Shown here one piece after another: positions 28,001-40,259 of a stretch of 64,000 nt of DNA (position 1 is the stretch's first letter; every line of letters begins with the position of its first letter). Both the position numbers and the translations under genes were made by a program. Source of the DNA: Macrostomum lignano (taxonomy: Eukaryota). The stretch is taken from the NCBI GenBank assembly GCA_002269645.1, contig NIVC01001430.1, forward strand, positions 186,001 through 250,000. Reading direction: 5' to 3'. The notes below the pieces were generated by a model. The model was given only the letters and a program-made list of their open reading frames with translations. It did not search any database and was not told where the DNA came from.

Positions 28001-31000
28001 AAATTGATACTTTTTGTAATTTTTTCTCCTGCCGAAAATTCGGTTCAATTAACTAATTACGTCATCACGTTTACGTCATCACGTTGGGTGATGATAGGCT
28101 GTTTGAGAGTCTAGCTGAGAATGACCAGGAGTTAAAGTTTGTCCATTATTGAAGCTTGATAAGAAAAATCTGACATAGTTGCAACAGGATCTCAAAATCC
28201 GACCTTCTGGCGAAATCGTCGAATATCTCGACGGACCGGAGGGCTGGCGACCTGATTTTTGTTTGAGAAGGTGCGCAATAAAAGTTGGCCCGTGTTCTTG
28301 AATTTCAGGTGCCTGCGTTGCTCCGTTCCGGCGCAGCAAAATAAAATTGTCAGGGGGGGGGGATTCCCCCCCTCTTGGTAGTTCGACGGGCGGTAAAATG
28401 GCTTGGTATTCCTACTGTTAAAGCTCAATTTATTTGTCTGTAATTTTATTCATAAGTCTTCATCATAAGCTAAAAATCATATATAGAGATCAACTCACGA
28501 TCCTAATCATAAATTATCTCAACATAGTACTCATTTATAACCTCAATATCCTACTCATTGATGACTTCAATATCCCTCATTTATGAACCTAATGACCTGC
28601 TCATTTATGACTTCAATATCCCTCATTTATGAACTTAATGACCTGCTCATTTATGATCTCAATATCCAACTCATTTATGAACTCAATATCCTACTCATTT
28701 ATGACCTCAATATCCTACTCAAAGATGACCTCAATATCCTACTCATTTATGACCTCAATATCCTACTCATTTATGACCTCAATATCCTACTCAAAGATGA
28801 CGTCAATATCCTACTCAAAGATGACGTCAATATCCTACTCATTTATGACCTCAATATCCTACTCAAAGATGACGTCAATATCCTACTCAAAGATGACGTC
28901 AATATCCTACTCAAAGATGACCTCAATATCCTACTCATAGATGACCTCAATATCCTACTCATAGATGACCTCGATATCCTGCTTCACTCTCCATCACTTA
29001 CCTGCATTGGCACGTGCATGCCGCATTTAAGATCGCACATGAACTCCTGCACAGACAGCTGCTCCTGATGCCCCTCGTTTGACATCTGATTCTGTTCCAC
29101 TGGGAATTTGTAGGGGTTCGAAGCGACCAATCGCTGCTCAGTGCACAGGTGGCGCAGCAACACAGCGTGACGATTCTTGCTGGGCCCGCCCAGTTGATTG
29201 GGCCGACTGGGGGATTCAGGAATGGGGACAAATCGATATTTTGAAGGGCAGAATGGAAATACAATAAATTTGATCTCTGTAGCATAAACGCTTCACCCAC
29301 CTGCTTAACTTTTTTGTCCTGATCCAAACCCCTTAGCCTTGACACAAAACCCCATAGCCCTGACCCAAACCCCTTAGCCCTGACCCAAACCCCTTAGCCC
29401 TGACCCAAACCCCTTAGCCCTGACACAAAACCCCTTAGCCCTGACACAAAACCCCTTAGCCTTGACCCAAACTCCTTGCCCTGACCCAAACCCCTTGCCC
29501 TGACACAAACCCCTTGCCCTGACCCAAACCCTTGCCCTGACACAAACCCCTTGCCCTGACCCAAACCCCTTGCCCTGACACAAACCCCTTGCCCTGACCC
29601 AAACCCTTGCCCTGACCCAAACCCTTGCCCTGACACAAACCCCTTGCCCTGACCCAAACTCCTTGCCCTGACCCAAACCCCTTGCCCTGACCCAAACCCC
29701 TTGCCCTGACCCAAACCCTTGCCCTGACACAAACCCCTTGCCCTGACCCAAACCCCTTGCCCTGACACAAACCCCTTGCCCTGACCCAAACCCTTGCCCT
29801 GACACAAACCCCTTGCCCTGACCCAAACCCTTGCCCTGACACAAACCCCTTGCCCTGACCCAAACCCCTTGCCCTGACACAAACCCCTTGCCCTGACCCA
29901 AACCCTTGCCCTTACCCAAACGCCCTTAGCCATGACCCAAAACCCTTAGCCCGGACCCAAAACCCTTAGCCCTGACCCAAAACCCTTAGCCCTGGCCCAA
30001 AACATCTTAGCTCTGACCAAAAACCTCTTGGCCTTGACACAAAACTCCTTAGCCCTGACCCAAAACCCTTAGCCCTGACCCAAAACCCATTAGCCCTAAC
30101 CCAGAACCCCTTATCCCTGACTAAAAACCTCTTAGCCCTGACCCAGAACTCCTTTGCCAGCTGACCCTCATAAACCAAACAGATGATTTGATGACTCATG
30201 ATCTATGACTCATAGACAGGCAGCTGTCTAATCCGAAAACTAAACACATACATCGTTCACAAACATACACAGGCACTCACACGCGCATTTGCACAGTCAG
30301 AGTGGGCTGTTGGTTGGCAGGCACCACAGCTGCTTGAGTGTCAGAAGTTGCAGCCAATAACGACAGCTCGGGATTGCCTCGCAACTGTTTTAAAGCGGCC
30401 TGAACAGAGTACAGCTTGCGCATTGTACGACTAATCTGATCGCGAACGTCGAAAACGTCGAATATTAGTTCTGTGGAGTCTTCGCTGTATTGTCCATCGG
30501 GAATGACCACCTTGATGAATTTGGCGTGAGATTTTATGGTTGCAATTTTATGGATGAAAAGCAATTTTAATGTCTGCATATGCGAATATGCCCTGGGGTT
30601 TGTCACGTTTTTTGCGATAATGACCAACCCTCTAAGGCAGTGTAGGATGTACATGTCTAAGTACAATGGGCTAACTTTCTATAAACACTTTAGAATATTC
30701 TGATCTAACTAACTGACTGGCTGACTAACTGACTGGCTAACTAACTGACTAAGTAACTGACTAACTAACTAACTAGCTGACTAACTGACTAACTAACTAA
30801 CTAACTGACTGACTGACTAACTAACTAACTAACTGACTGACTGACTAACTAACTGACTAACTGACTGGCTAACTAAGTGACTGACTAACTGACTGACTAA
30901 CTAATTAAATAACTAACTGACTGACTAACTAACTGACTGACTGACTGACTGACTAACTAACTGACTGACTAACTAACTGACTGACTAACTAACTGACTGA

Positions 31001-32347
31001 CTAACTAACTGACTGACTAACTAACTGACTGACTAACTAACTGACTGACTGACTGACTGACTGGCTGGCTAACTAATTAACCGACTAACTAACTAACTGA
31101 CTAACTAACTAACTGACTGACTGACTGACTGACTAACTAACTAACCGACTAACTAACTAACCGACTAACTAACTAACTAACTGAATAACTAACTAACTGA
31201 CTCACTAACTAACTAACTGACTAACTAACTAACTAACTGACTAACTAACTAACTGACTGACTGACTGACTGACTGACTGACTGACTGACTGACTGACTGA
31301 CTGACTGACTGACTAACTAACTGACTGACTGACTGACTGACTAACTAACTAACCGACTGACTAACTAACCGACTAACTAACTAACTAACTGAATAACTAA
31401 CTAACTAACTGACTCACTAACTAACTAACTGACTAACTAACTAACTGACTAACTAACTAACTGACTAACTAACTAACTGAATAACTGGCTAAGCTACTGG
31501 ATTAAGCTACCTCCAGTTAAAATAAACACAGTCCTACCACTTTGCGAAACATGGGCCGATCGCTATTCTCAACAACATCAGTCCGACCGACGAGGCTCCA
31601 GTCCGACTGTAGCGGAGGTGTACACGCGTGCACTTCAACGTACGCGTTGGGATACTGCAGGCTGGGATCTGCTGTCAAAGCTGGCAAACAGCGCAACGAC
31701 AAATCAAGTTCGAGGCCTCCAGCATTAGAAGTAGCGGCAGGATCAGTGCCAGCAGATTCCGTAGTGAAAGATTCTTCATTAATTTTAGTTGGCCATCCCG
31801 AAAATGAACCAGCAGCATTGGCATCCACAACAGTGGCATCAACTTCGGCTTCAATCAGAGTTGGCTCCAACGGATCCTGGCCAGTAATATCTATAATCTT
31901 TTGTCTGGCAGATTCGGCTAAGTCTAATTTATCGAATATTGACGCCTCGCGAAAGGCGGCAACCCAAGCGCCGCGGTCCTCTTCGCTGGCGGCTCGAAAT
32001 AGTACAGTCTGACTTTCGTAGTCAAACACTAATCTGAATGGATAATCTGCTTCGACATTTGCTGGCGAATAGTCGACTTCAATTTTGCAAGCCTCTAGCA
32101 CAATAAGATAGTCGCAGTCCTGCGCCAACGGGTCGATGCCTTTAGTAACAAATAATAAATTGCCGACTAGGCGGCATATGCAAGCGTCGCTAGATTTGTT
32201 TGATGCAGATTTGGAAGACAATTTTTTATCAGATTTTGAGCCGCCAGATTCGCCAGCGGAGTCTTTGCCTATTAGTACTTGCAGACAGCCGGATTTGTCC
32301 GCTTGTAGGCGACTGTGCTGTTGTAACAAGTCGCAATTGGTCTGCAT
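22053..32347 (-). CDS. INPP4A: Inositol polyphosphate 4-phosphatase type I/II-like with N-terminal PH and C2 domains (spliced)
   Basis: Exons 32347-31538, 30510-~30283, ~29274-29002, 27380-26937, 26326-25934, 24514-24259, 23074-22815, 22541-22053. Motifs: PH-like FRAASEEDRGAW, C2-like PNAYVEV..WSLVGRTDVVE, FVPPNLQLHRL, ESLLSVY..MLEDM, SVGINEQQTLAE, and catalytic CKSGKDRTAMAVTLEQ. A or B paralog assignment is not possible. Confidence 0.95.
23090..24140. repeat. 26-bp minisatellite (gtgtgatgattaagtgtgattatcag)
   Basis: Period 26; INPP4 intron. Confidence 0.95.
24533..25720. repeat. 23-bp minisatellite (gggcgattccttaggtgaattta)
   Basis: Period 23; INPP4 intron. Confidence 0.95.
26330..26900. 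repeat. (AGTC)n microsatellite
   Basis: Near-perfect tetranucleotide tract. Confidence 0.97.
27424..28384. mobile_element. Non-autonomous element with ~170-bp imperfect terminal inverted repeats in INPP4 intron
   Basis: 27441-27600 (ccctgacaattt..gctgcgccggaacggagcaacgcaggcacc..gaaggtcggat) is the reverse complement of 28197-28355. Confidence 0.8.
28540..28980. repeat. 24-bp minisatellite (atgacctcaatatcctactcattt/aaag)
   Basis: Period 24. Confidence 0.95.
29322..30150. repeat. 19-21-bp C-rich minisatellite (cccttgccctgacccaaac)
   Basis: Direct inspection; the minus strand is built of G3-4 tracts. Confidence 0.95.
30705..31490. repeat. (ACTA)/(ACTG) compound microsatellite
   Basis: Direct inspection. 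Confidence 0.95.
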
Positions 32348-33678
32348 TTCTGGAAAGACAACCAACACCAATAGGTATCAACTATCAATGTATTTAATTG
32401 CCGTGTTAATAAATATGACACATTCTGATTTAATATTAGACATGGTTAGAAGTGGGATTAAAGACTATTGAGCTGAAATCAAGGATTTGTTTGTTTAGAA
32501 AATTAGGATTCTATGTTAATTTTATATCCTACGTACAAGTACAAGTACATCGTAAATGTACTGTACCTAAAATCATAAAAATGACACAGTGTCACACAGC
32601 TGGACGCATTGGTTTTATGAAATCTATTTTATCATTCTTATCTTAATGACTGTGTAACAGAATAATAAAAAGAGTTCTGAAATCAATTAGTTGGTGCAAT
32701 TCAATTCTCATGATTTCTAGGTATAGGGCATGTACGTACGCAGGGTATAAGATAAACATATAATCCTAATTTTCTAAACGAAAAGCTTCATGACTATCCA
32801 TAAGAGCTATAAGAAATACAAGGCATATCAAAAGATGAACACTGGGTCTCACTTCTCTTAAAAGAAATAACATTTTTTGTGCTGAAAAAAATAAAAACCT
32901 ACTATCTCCGTAATGTTTAAAAACAGACGGACTGAAAAAGTACAAACAAATGGCTAGTGTAAGCTATCCTGATATAAGGGGGTGGTGGGGAGCCGCCAGT
33001 CATAAAATCGATAACACACTCGCCTCAATTCACAGCAGCGATAGAAAGGGGCTGACAGGGTGGTGGTTGGGTAAGATAGAAAGGGGTGGTGGGGCTGGGC
33101 TGAGAGGATACTCGCTTGTAAACATTTCACAGCAGCGATAAGAAAGGGGCTGACAGGGTGGTGGTTGGGTAAGATAGCTCGTAGAAAGGGGTGGTGGGGC
33201 TGGGCTAAGGAGCCGCCAGTCATAAAATCGATAACAAACACCAGCGATAAACGGAGGCTAGAAAAGAAAATAAGGGTGGGCCGGGGACTGAAAGGCTGCT
33301 AGCTAATCGAAAACATATGCCAAATAAATTAGAAATAAACCGACGTTTTTGTTATACAAAAAATAAGCTGCGCATGTATTTTAATTTAATATTAATATTA
33401 GGAAAAGTCGAACAATGCCGCAATAGATAATTACGAGGAGTTCATTCATAAAATAGCTGAATCGTGATTAGATAAGCAACTAACATTATCAAACAAGTAG
33501 CACCCTGCAATACACAAGCTCCTCTTTTTTTACATATTCTTACATATACTTACTACAATAAATGCACCAACCAGACAGCATACAAAATGCCAAAAAAACT
33601 TAATGAAGTGCAGCTTATTTATACTTGTCATAAGTAGAGATACATTTACCTTTGAGCAGAAAAGTAAAATAAACAGAT

Positions 33679-36600
33679 TCAGACACATCGAACCGGCACC
33701 ATTGGCGAATCGCAAAACAGGCAGACATCGTTGCTAAGCAACCGGCCTAGCCAATCGTTATTTGGCTGCGAAACAGACCCATCGCTAGTACTGTTATTGC
33801 CGCCAGTATCCTGCAGGCAATAGGCCAGGCAAGTAGTGCAGATTAGGAATCCGTCCGAACTTGTCACGGGGATTAGGCTGCGGCAGCAGCGAGCGAACAC
33901 GTGACCATTAGGACAGCAGACGCCAACTAGAGGATCCATAGCAACTGTAGCCGCCGTTTCGAATGGCGGATCGGTCCATTTAGAGAAGCAGATAACGCAG
34001 TTCTCCCATTGTGGCTGTTCTGACGTCGGCTGTTGCTGTTGTTGCTTTTGCTGCGAAAGCAGACCAGCTGCTCGGTTTATGATAGCGTCTAGGCGCCAGG
34101 CGGTTCTAGCGGCGCCTAACACGCGCGGATTAGCGGCGCAAGCGCGGCGTAAAGCGTCTAACATGCAGGCTGCGGCGCGCAGATCGCGACCGCTTAATTG
34201 TCGCTTGAGTTGCTGCGGCTTACCTGTGAGACGGCGAATTGTGGTGGGCGAATGAAAGCCAGAAAGAAAAGGTTGGAGGAAAGAGTGAAGGGGTGAGAAT
34301 GAAAGAGTGAGAGTGAAGGCGTGAGAGTGAAGAGGTGAGAGTGAAGAGGCGAGAGGGAAAGAATGAGATTGAAGGAGTGAAGAGGTGAGAGTGAAGAGGT
34401 GAGAGAGAAGGATGAGATTGAAGGGGTGAGAGTGAAGGTTGAGAGTGAAGGAGAGAGATTGAAGGGTGATTAAAGGAGAGAGTGAAGGAGAGAGTGAAGT
34501 TGTGTTTGAGTAACAAAGAGCAAACTGCACACTCACCGCCCTCATCTCCCTGGGCAATCCTGCACAGCTGCCTCAAAGCTATACCGCAATGCTTCATCAG
34601 CATGAGACCCTCAGCCGCTCTGGTCATAGCTCTGGCAGCTTGGCCGCCAGCCAGCGATAGCAGAAATCTTAATAGGCGCAGATTATGAGCATCGTTGCCA
34701 AGGGCAACCAGAGTTGTCGGATTGCGCATAATATCCGTTAGACTGGCCAGTTCCGCGCTAAGAAAACTTGCCGATGTGAACTTGTCGCGATAATAGACGT
34801 GGCGAACTGCTTCGAGTACGTCGAGTTTTTGACTGAGCGGTTGATCGCTACTGCGGAGCAGCTCTGCCAACCCAATTGGAGGGGGGGGGTCGTGGATGAT
34901 CACTTGATCAAGGAAATTTCACAAATACTAGAAGAACTAGATATTTTTACTCGCAAAAGATGCGTTTTTACTCCTTTATACGAGCTAGTAGCAAAATTAT
35001 CGTTTTCCTGTGAGATTTAAAATGTATTTCACTTTACAAGATATGTAAAGTTTTTGAAGCTACAACAATAGCCTATGGTTTTTGCAAGTAGACCTATTAA
35101 ATTTGCATCTTCATCCTGTTTTCCGACTCGAGACCGCTTTACTACTCGAAATTATTTGAAAAGAAATGTAAGACTAAAAATGACAGGAAATCATTAAAAT
35201 CCAGGCAAGAGAGAAGGGCCAGACCCCAGCGACGCCCATCGTAAACATCGTAAATCGTAAGCTTGTCGTAAACAATAAACAGTAGGCCTTTCTCTTGCCC
35301 CCTTGTGACCTCTCTCCTTCCTTACTGCTCTCTCATTGGCTGAGCCAGATTGGGCCTACCCCTAGGCAAGTTTGTCGCCTTGGCTTTCTCTACTTACTGC
35401 TCTCTCATTGGCTGAGCCAGATTGGGCCTGCCCCATAGGCTGAGTTTTGTCCGTCTTAACTTTGACCTCTCTCCTTACCGCTCTCTCATTGGCTGATCCA
35501 GATGGGCCTGCTCGATAGGGCCCTCAAGTCTAGGGTTTTTTTGTGCCCTCAAGTCTAGAGTGGGGAGGGCTTTTCCTCCGTCTGGCATTCACTTGTGTAA
35601 CATATAGTTACATGTTTGTTGTTCATTCCTAACTCCATATGGTCCTGAGTCCGCAAACGCCGGGGAAAAGGAAGTTTTAGCTGCCAAATTATTAAATTTA
35701 AGTGACACTGCGCAGACAAACTACTGATTAGGAGTAGCTAGATTCTCTGCTTTTTCAGAACTTTAATTGCGAGTGAGATATTCAGTTATTCTAGCGTCTG
35801 TGATGTAGCTATAACTCGTAATGTAGTATGTAGCTGTCTGTATAAAATTGATCAGTAAAAAATCAGAATAACGGTTCTCACCAACAAGCCTATCCTCTCC
35901 AACTGAGCACATCAATCGAAACGCCAAATGGCCTATCGCTCGCTGCTTACTAACAGTAGTATCTGGCCGACCTTCCAGCACGCCTAAAATTACGCCATTT
36001 CTCGAACAATACAAACCGTAATAATAAGGCATAGCATTCGGCTCAACCAGTTTATTTGTTGGCCCAGCGTTCAACTGCAATTCCGATATGCTCGTACAGA
36101 CTACTCCTCCACCGCCAATATTAGTAGTATCGGGAGCAAATGTAGCACAGTATAGGCGACCATCTAGGCAGCAATAGTAGACAGAATTGCCAATACAGGA
36201 CATGCCAGTGATTTGTAGGCAATTAACGCTGGTAGTTACTGTGCTGGCTGCGATGCCTTCGGGTCTGGGTGAGTGGCAACAGTACACCAAGTGCTTGATT
36301 AGCAATGAAAGCCGGCGGGTCGGCACATGCTATTCTTTAGTAGAAAATTCTTTAGTGGAAAAATATAAATATCTTTTACACAGAGATCACACCTTGAGAA
36401 TAAATATCCCAACATGGAACTAAATCCCTCACAGTGATCACACCTTGAGACTAAATACCCCACAGAGATCACACCTTGAGACTAAATACCCCACAGAGAT
36501 CACACCTTGAGACTAAATACCCCACAGAGATCACGCCTTGAGACTAAATACCCCACAGAGATCACACCTTGAGACTAAATACCCCACAGAGATCACGCCT

Positions 36601-39600
36601 TGAGACTAAATACCCCACAGAGATCACACCTTGAGACTAAATACTCCACAGAGATCGCACCTTGAGACTAAATCACTAAACACCAAACAAGTCAGTTACT
36701 CACCTTCGCAACGCAAAGCTAACCAAATGAGCGCCCTTAGCAACGCAACCGAACTGATTGGTAGCCGACCAGACAGCATCAAACGGTTGCAACTGATCTG
36801 GCCACCGCCAAAGACGCCACTCCGGACCAGCGGATATCACTATTGCAGTCTCAGCTGTACTACTTTCTAATCGAATTTTAACACCAAATACGCGACCATC
36901 GCACAGGCCAATTAAAGCTAACAGACTGTCGCTACAAATACTACTGACACCATCAGATGCGGCAGTAGTATTAGTAGCATTACTAGACAACAGATCGCAG
37001 ATTTTCAGTGAACAAGCTTGCAAACCGAAGTTGGCAAGAGTACTGGGCGATGGCAGACCGTTGGCTGACGCAGAGGATAAACTGGTGAGACCGCCGCCGA
37101 TAGCGCACGCGTAGGTTGCGTACAACAGGGTGGCAGTTTTAGCGCCGGGATTGTAGCTAAATAGTACTAGAACGCCGGAACGGGTAACGCCTGCTAGTAG
37201 TGCATGCCAAGGCTGTGCTCGCATCTGCCTATTGATAGTAGAGTGTACGGGGATTGGAAAATTTTTGTAACAGGGATTTTTAGTCGATATAACATTGGAT
37301 AGGGAGTGACAAATGAAAGTCATATTGCAAGCTACACGTAGAATGGGAAGAATAATTAGAAAGGGAGAGAGGGAGACTGGGGAATGGGAAAGTGGGAGAG
37401 GGAGTGAGAGAGTGGGAGAGTGGGAGAGGGATAGCGGCGGGAGAATGGGAAAGTGGGAGAGGGAGAGTGTGAGAGTGGGAGAGAGAGAGTTGGAGAATGG
37501 GAGAGTGGGGAAAGTGGGAGAGTGGGGAGAGGGAGAGTGGGAGAGTGGGAGAGTGAGAGTGGGAGAGGGAGAGTTTCAGAATGGGAGAGTGGGGAGAGGG
37601 AGAGTTGGAGAATGGGAGAGTGGGGAGAGGGAGAGTGGGAGAGTGGGAGAGGGAGAGTTGGAGAATGGAAGAGTGTGGAGAGGGAGAGAGGGAGAGTTGG
37701 AGAATGGAAGAGTGGGGAGAGGGAGAGTGGGAGAGGGAGAGTGGGAGAGGCAGAGTGGGAGAGTAGGAGAGGGAGTGGGACAGGGAGAGTGGGAAATGGA
37801 GAGTGGGAGAGGGGGAGAGTGGGAAATGGAGAGTGGGAGAGGGGGAGAGTGGGAGAGTGAGAGTGGGAGAGAGGGAGAGTGGGAAATGGAGAGTGGGAGA
37901 GGGGGAGAGTGGGAGAGGGGGAGAGTGGGAGAGGGGGAGAGTGGGAGAGGGGGAGAGTGGGAGAGTGAGTGGGAGAGAGGGAGAGTGGGAAATGGAGAGT
38001 GGGAGAGGGGGAGAGTGAGAGTGGGAGAGAGGGAGAGTGGGAAATGGAGAGTGGGAGATGGAGAGAGGGAGAGTGGGATAGTGTCGTGGGAAAGAGAGTG
38101 GGGATGTTGGGGAGGAAGAGCGCAAGTAGAGACGAGATGAAGAGGAGGTTCATGGTGATGTTACAGTGCAAAAATTCGAAGATTAGGCAAAGGAGAAAGA
38201 GAGGCAGAAGAGTTTCATAATAGAGCGCCGCCCGTGGCAAACAGATATAGACAAGCTAAAGGATACAATAAAGCCAAAAGCAAAAACACGATTTGAGAAA
38301 ACAAAAAAGCCTTAGGCTCACCGAGACCAGCTGACGCCAACAAAGCACATGTCCATAACGGCCAAAGCGAACTCGTCCATCTGATCGCACCAGATGTAGC
38401 TGCTGCTGCTACTGTCGGTGCCACCATCCGAGTCCATAGCGGCAGCGCCGGCGCCAGGCATGAGAAAGTTCAAATCGGTAGCAGGCCCGTCGCCACCTTG
38501 ACCCGGCGGTTGCACAACTCGACCAGTTTGAACATAGGCTTTGCACCATAGACTGCCAGGTTCCGGGCTCACCAATGCCATAGATTCCGATTCTAACAGG
38601 CATCTCCGATTGGATAATAAAACTAACCGGCCAGAATCGGACACTGCGGCTAAACACGGACGTCCGAACTGTTCGAATGGCGACCAATCGGCTTTGATGA
38701 AACTGTCCGAGATGGACTTTGAAGCTGGCGGCGCTGTTAGCAATCCTTCGCCGTCTGCGTCAGAGTCGGCAACGACAGTAGCCGACGGGAATCGCCGAGC
38801 TAGCGAGTGAAATGCGCGCAGAGGATCGCGTAGAGGGTTGGGGAGATGCTTGCCGGATTCGATCACTTCCGGATCGATGGCTAGAGGTAGGCGGAACCTG
38901 CGGAGATGTGAATGAGGGAGATAGAAAGTTTGGGAATAATAGGCTGATGGTGCTAGAGATATATGGCTAGGGGGTAAGAGATTGGGAAAAAGGGCCTGGG
39001 TGTTAGAGATCGCGGTTATGTCCGTATTAGAAATCCGAGTTATATGGCTAGGGGCGTTAGAGATAGGACATTTTTGGGGTGTTAGATTTTCAAAGATTTC
39101 GGTGTGTTAGATATTCAGGGATTTTGGGGATATTAAATGATTTTGGGGTGTTAAATATTCAGGGATTTTGGGGTGTTAGATATTCAGGGATTTTGGGGAT
39201 ATTAAATGATTTTGGGGTGCTAAATATTCGGGGATTTTGGGGTGTTAGAGATCAGGGATCTTAGGGTATTAGAGATCAGGGATCTTGGGGTGTTAGATAT
39301 TCAGAAATTTTGGGTGTTAGAGATCAGGGATTTTGTCGTGTTAGAGATCAGGGATTTTGTCGTGTTAGAGATCAGGGATTTTGTCGTGTTAGAGATCAGG
39401 GATTTTGTCGTGTTAGAGATCAGGGATTTTGTCGTGTTAGAGATCAGGGATTTTGTCGTGTTAGAGATCAGGGATTTTGTCGTGTTAGAGATCAGGGATT
39501 TTGTCGTGTTAGAGATCAGGGATTTTGTCGTGTTAGAGATCAGGGATTTTGTCGTGTTAGAGATCAGGGATTTTGATGGTGTCGCAGTCTAAATATACTT

Positions 39601-39861
39601 TTACCTGTCCCGTAATGACGCCCAACAGGTGAGCCGAAAGCTGAACCCTTCGCTACAGTTGGCCACTTCGCAATCGCTCCGACTTAACCCGTTGCCACCA
39701 GCTTCACCGACGGGTTCGTCTCCTTCCCAGGTGGGATCAAAATCCAGAGACAGTACGGCGGCGCCTCGACTGGTGAGCACGGCAACTGTACCACTGTTGC
39801 TAGGGACTAAACAGCCACCCGTTAGCAGCGGCTGACCGCCGAATACAAGGCGAGAGGACAT
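33679..39861 (-). CDS. GTF3C4: General transcription factor IIIC subunit 4 (TFIIIC90)-like (spliced)
   Basis: Exons 39861-39605, 38897-38322, 37228-36704, 36264-35882, 34902-34537, 34223-33679 with consistent phases. Motifs KADWSP..GRPCLAAVSDSGRL, LWRWPDQL and YYGLYCSRNG, plus C-terminal zinc finger C..C..CPNGHVFARC..C..C..DWLGRLL..CLFCDSPM, resembling (from recall) the human GTF3C4 tail CSNGHIWLRC..DWIKRLLQSPCPFCDSP. Confidence 0.87.
36425..36670. repeat. 31-bp minisatellite (cacagagatcacaccttgagactaaataccc)
   Basis: Period 31. Confidence 0.9.
37362..38080. repeat. Polypurine (GGGAGAGT-like) low-complexity tract
   Basis: Direct inspection; GTF3C4 intron. A smaller (agagtgaagaggtg)-like tract lies at 34280-34500. 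Confidence 0.92.
39060..39575. repeat. 24-bp minisatellite (gttagagatcagggattttgtcgt)
   Basis: Period 24; GTF3C4 intron 1. Confidence 0.93.
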
Positions 39862-40259
39862 CAACAAGTTTATTCCTTACAAATCTGTATTTATTTACGC
39901 AATTTCGCTGCTTAATTTTAAATTAATAACTTCAACTACTGACACATCAGTAGTATGATGAAACAAGTGTCATAGGCATGAAAAAACATTAAGTGAGCGC
40001 TTTTGACATAAAAATACAATTAACATTTTTAAACAAACTATTGTCTTGAATGTTTAGTGCTGTAACTTCAAAAAATTTTCCAAATCGACTTTGCCCAGGA
40101 CTTAGGAGAAGCATTTTAAGAGAAAAAAAGAGGATTTTTAAAAAAATCTGAGTGACATTCTCAGGGGGATAATTGTAGGAGTGAAAATTGTTAAATTTGT
40201 CAGAATCAACATTGTCATACGAATTGTCAGAATCGAAGTTGTCAAAATCAATTTTCAGA

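Noticed and set aside
33730-33742. X-box-like GTTGCTAAGCAAC
   Set aside because: It lies within the GTF3C4 coding exon (RLLSN) and is probably coincidental.
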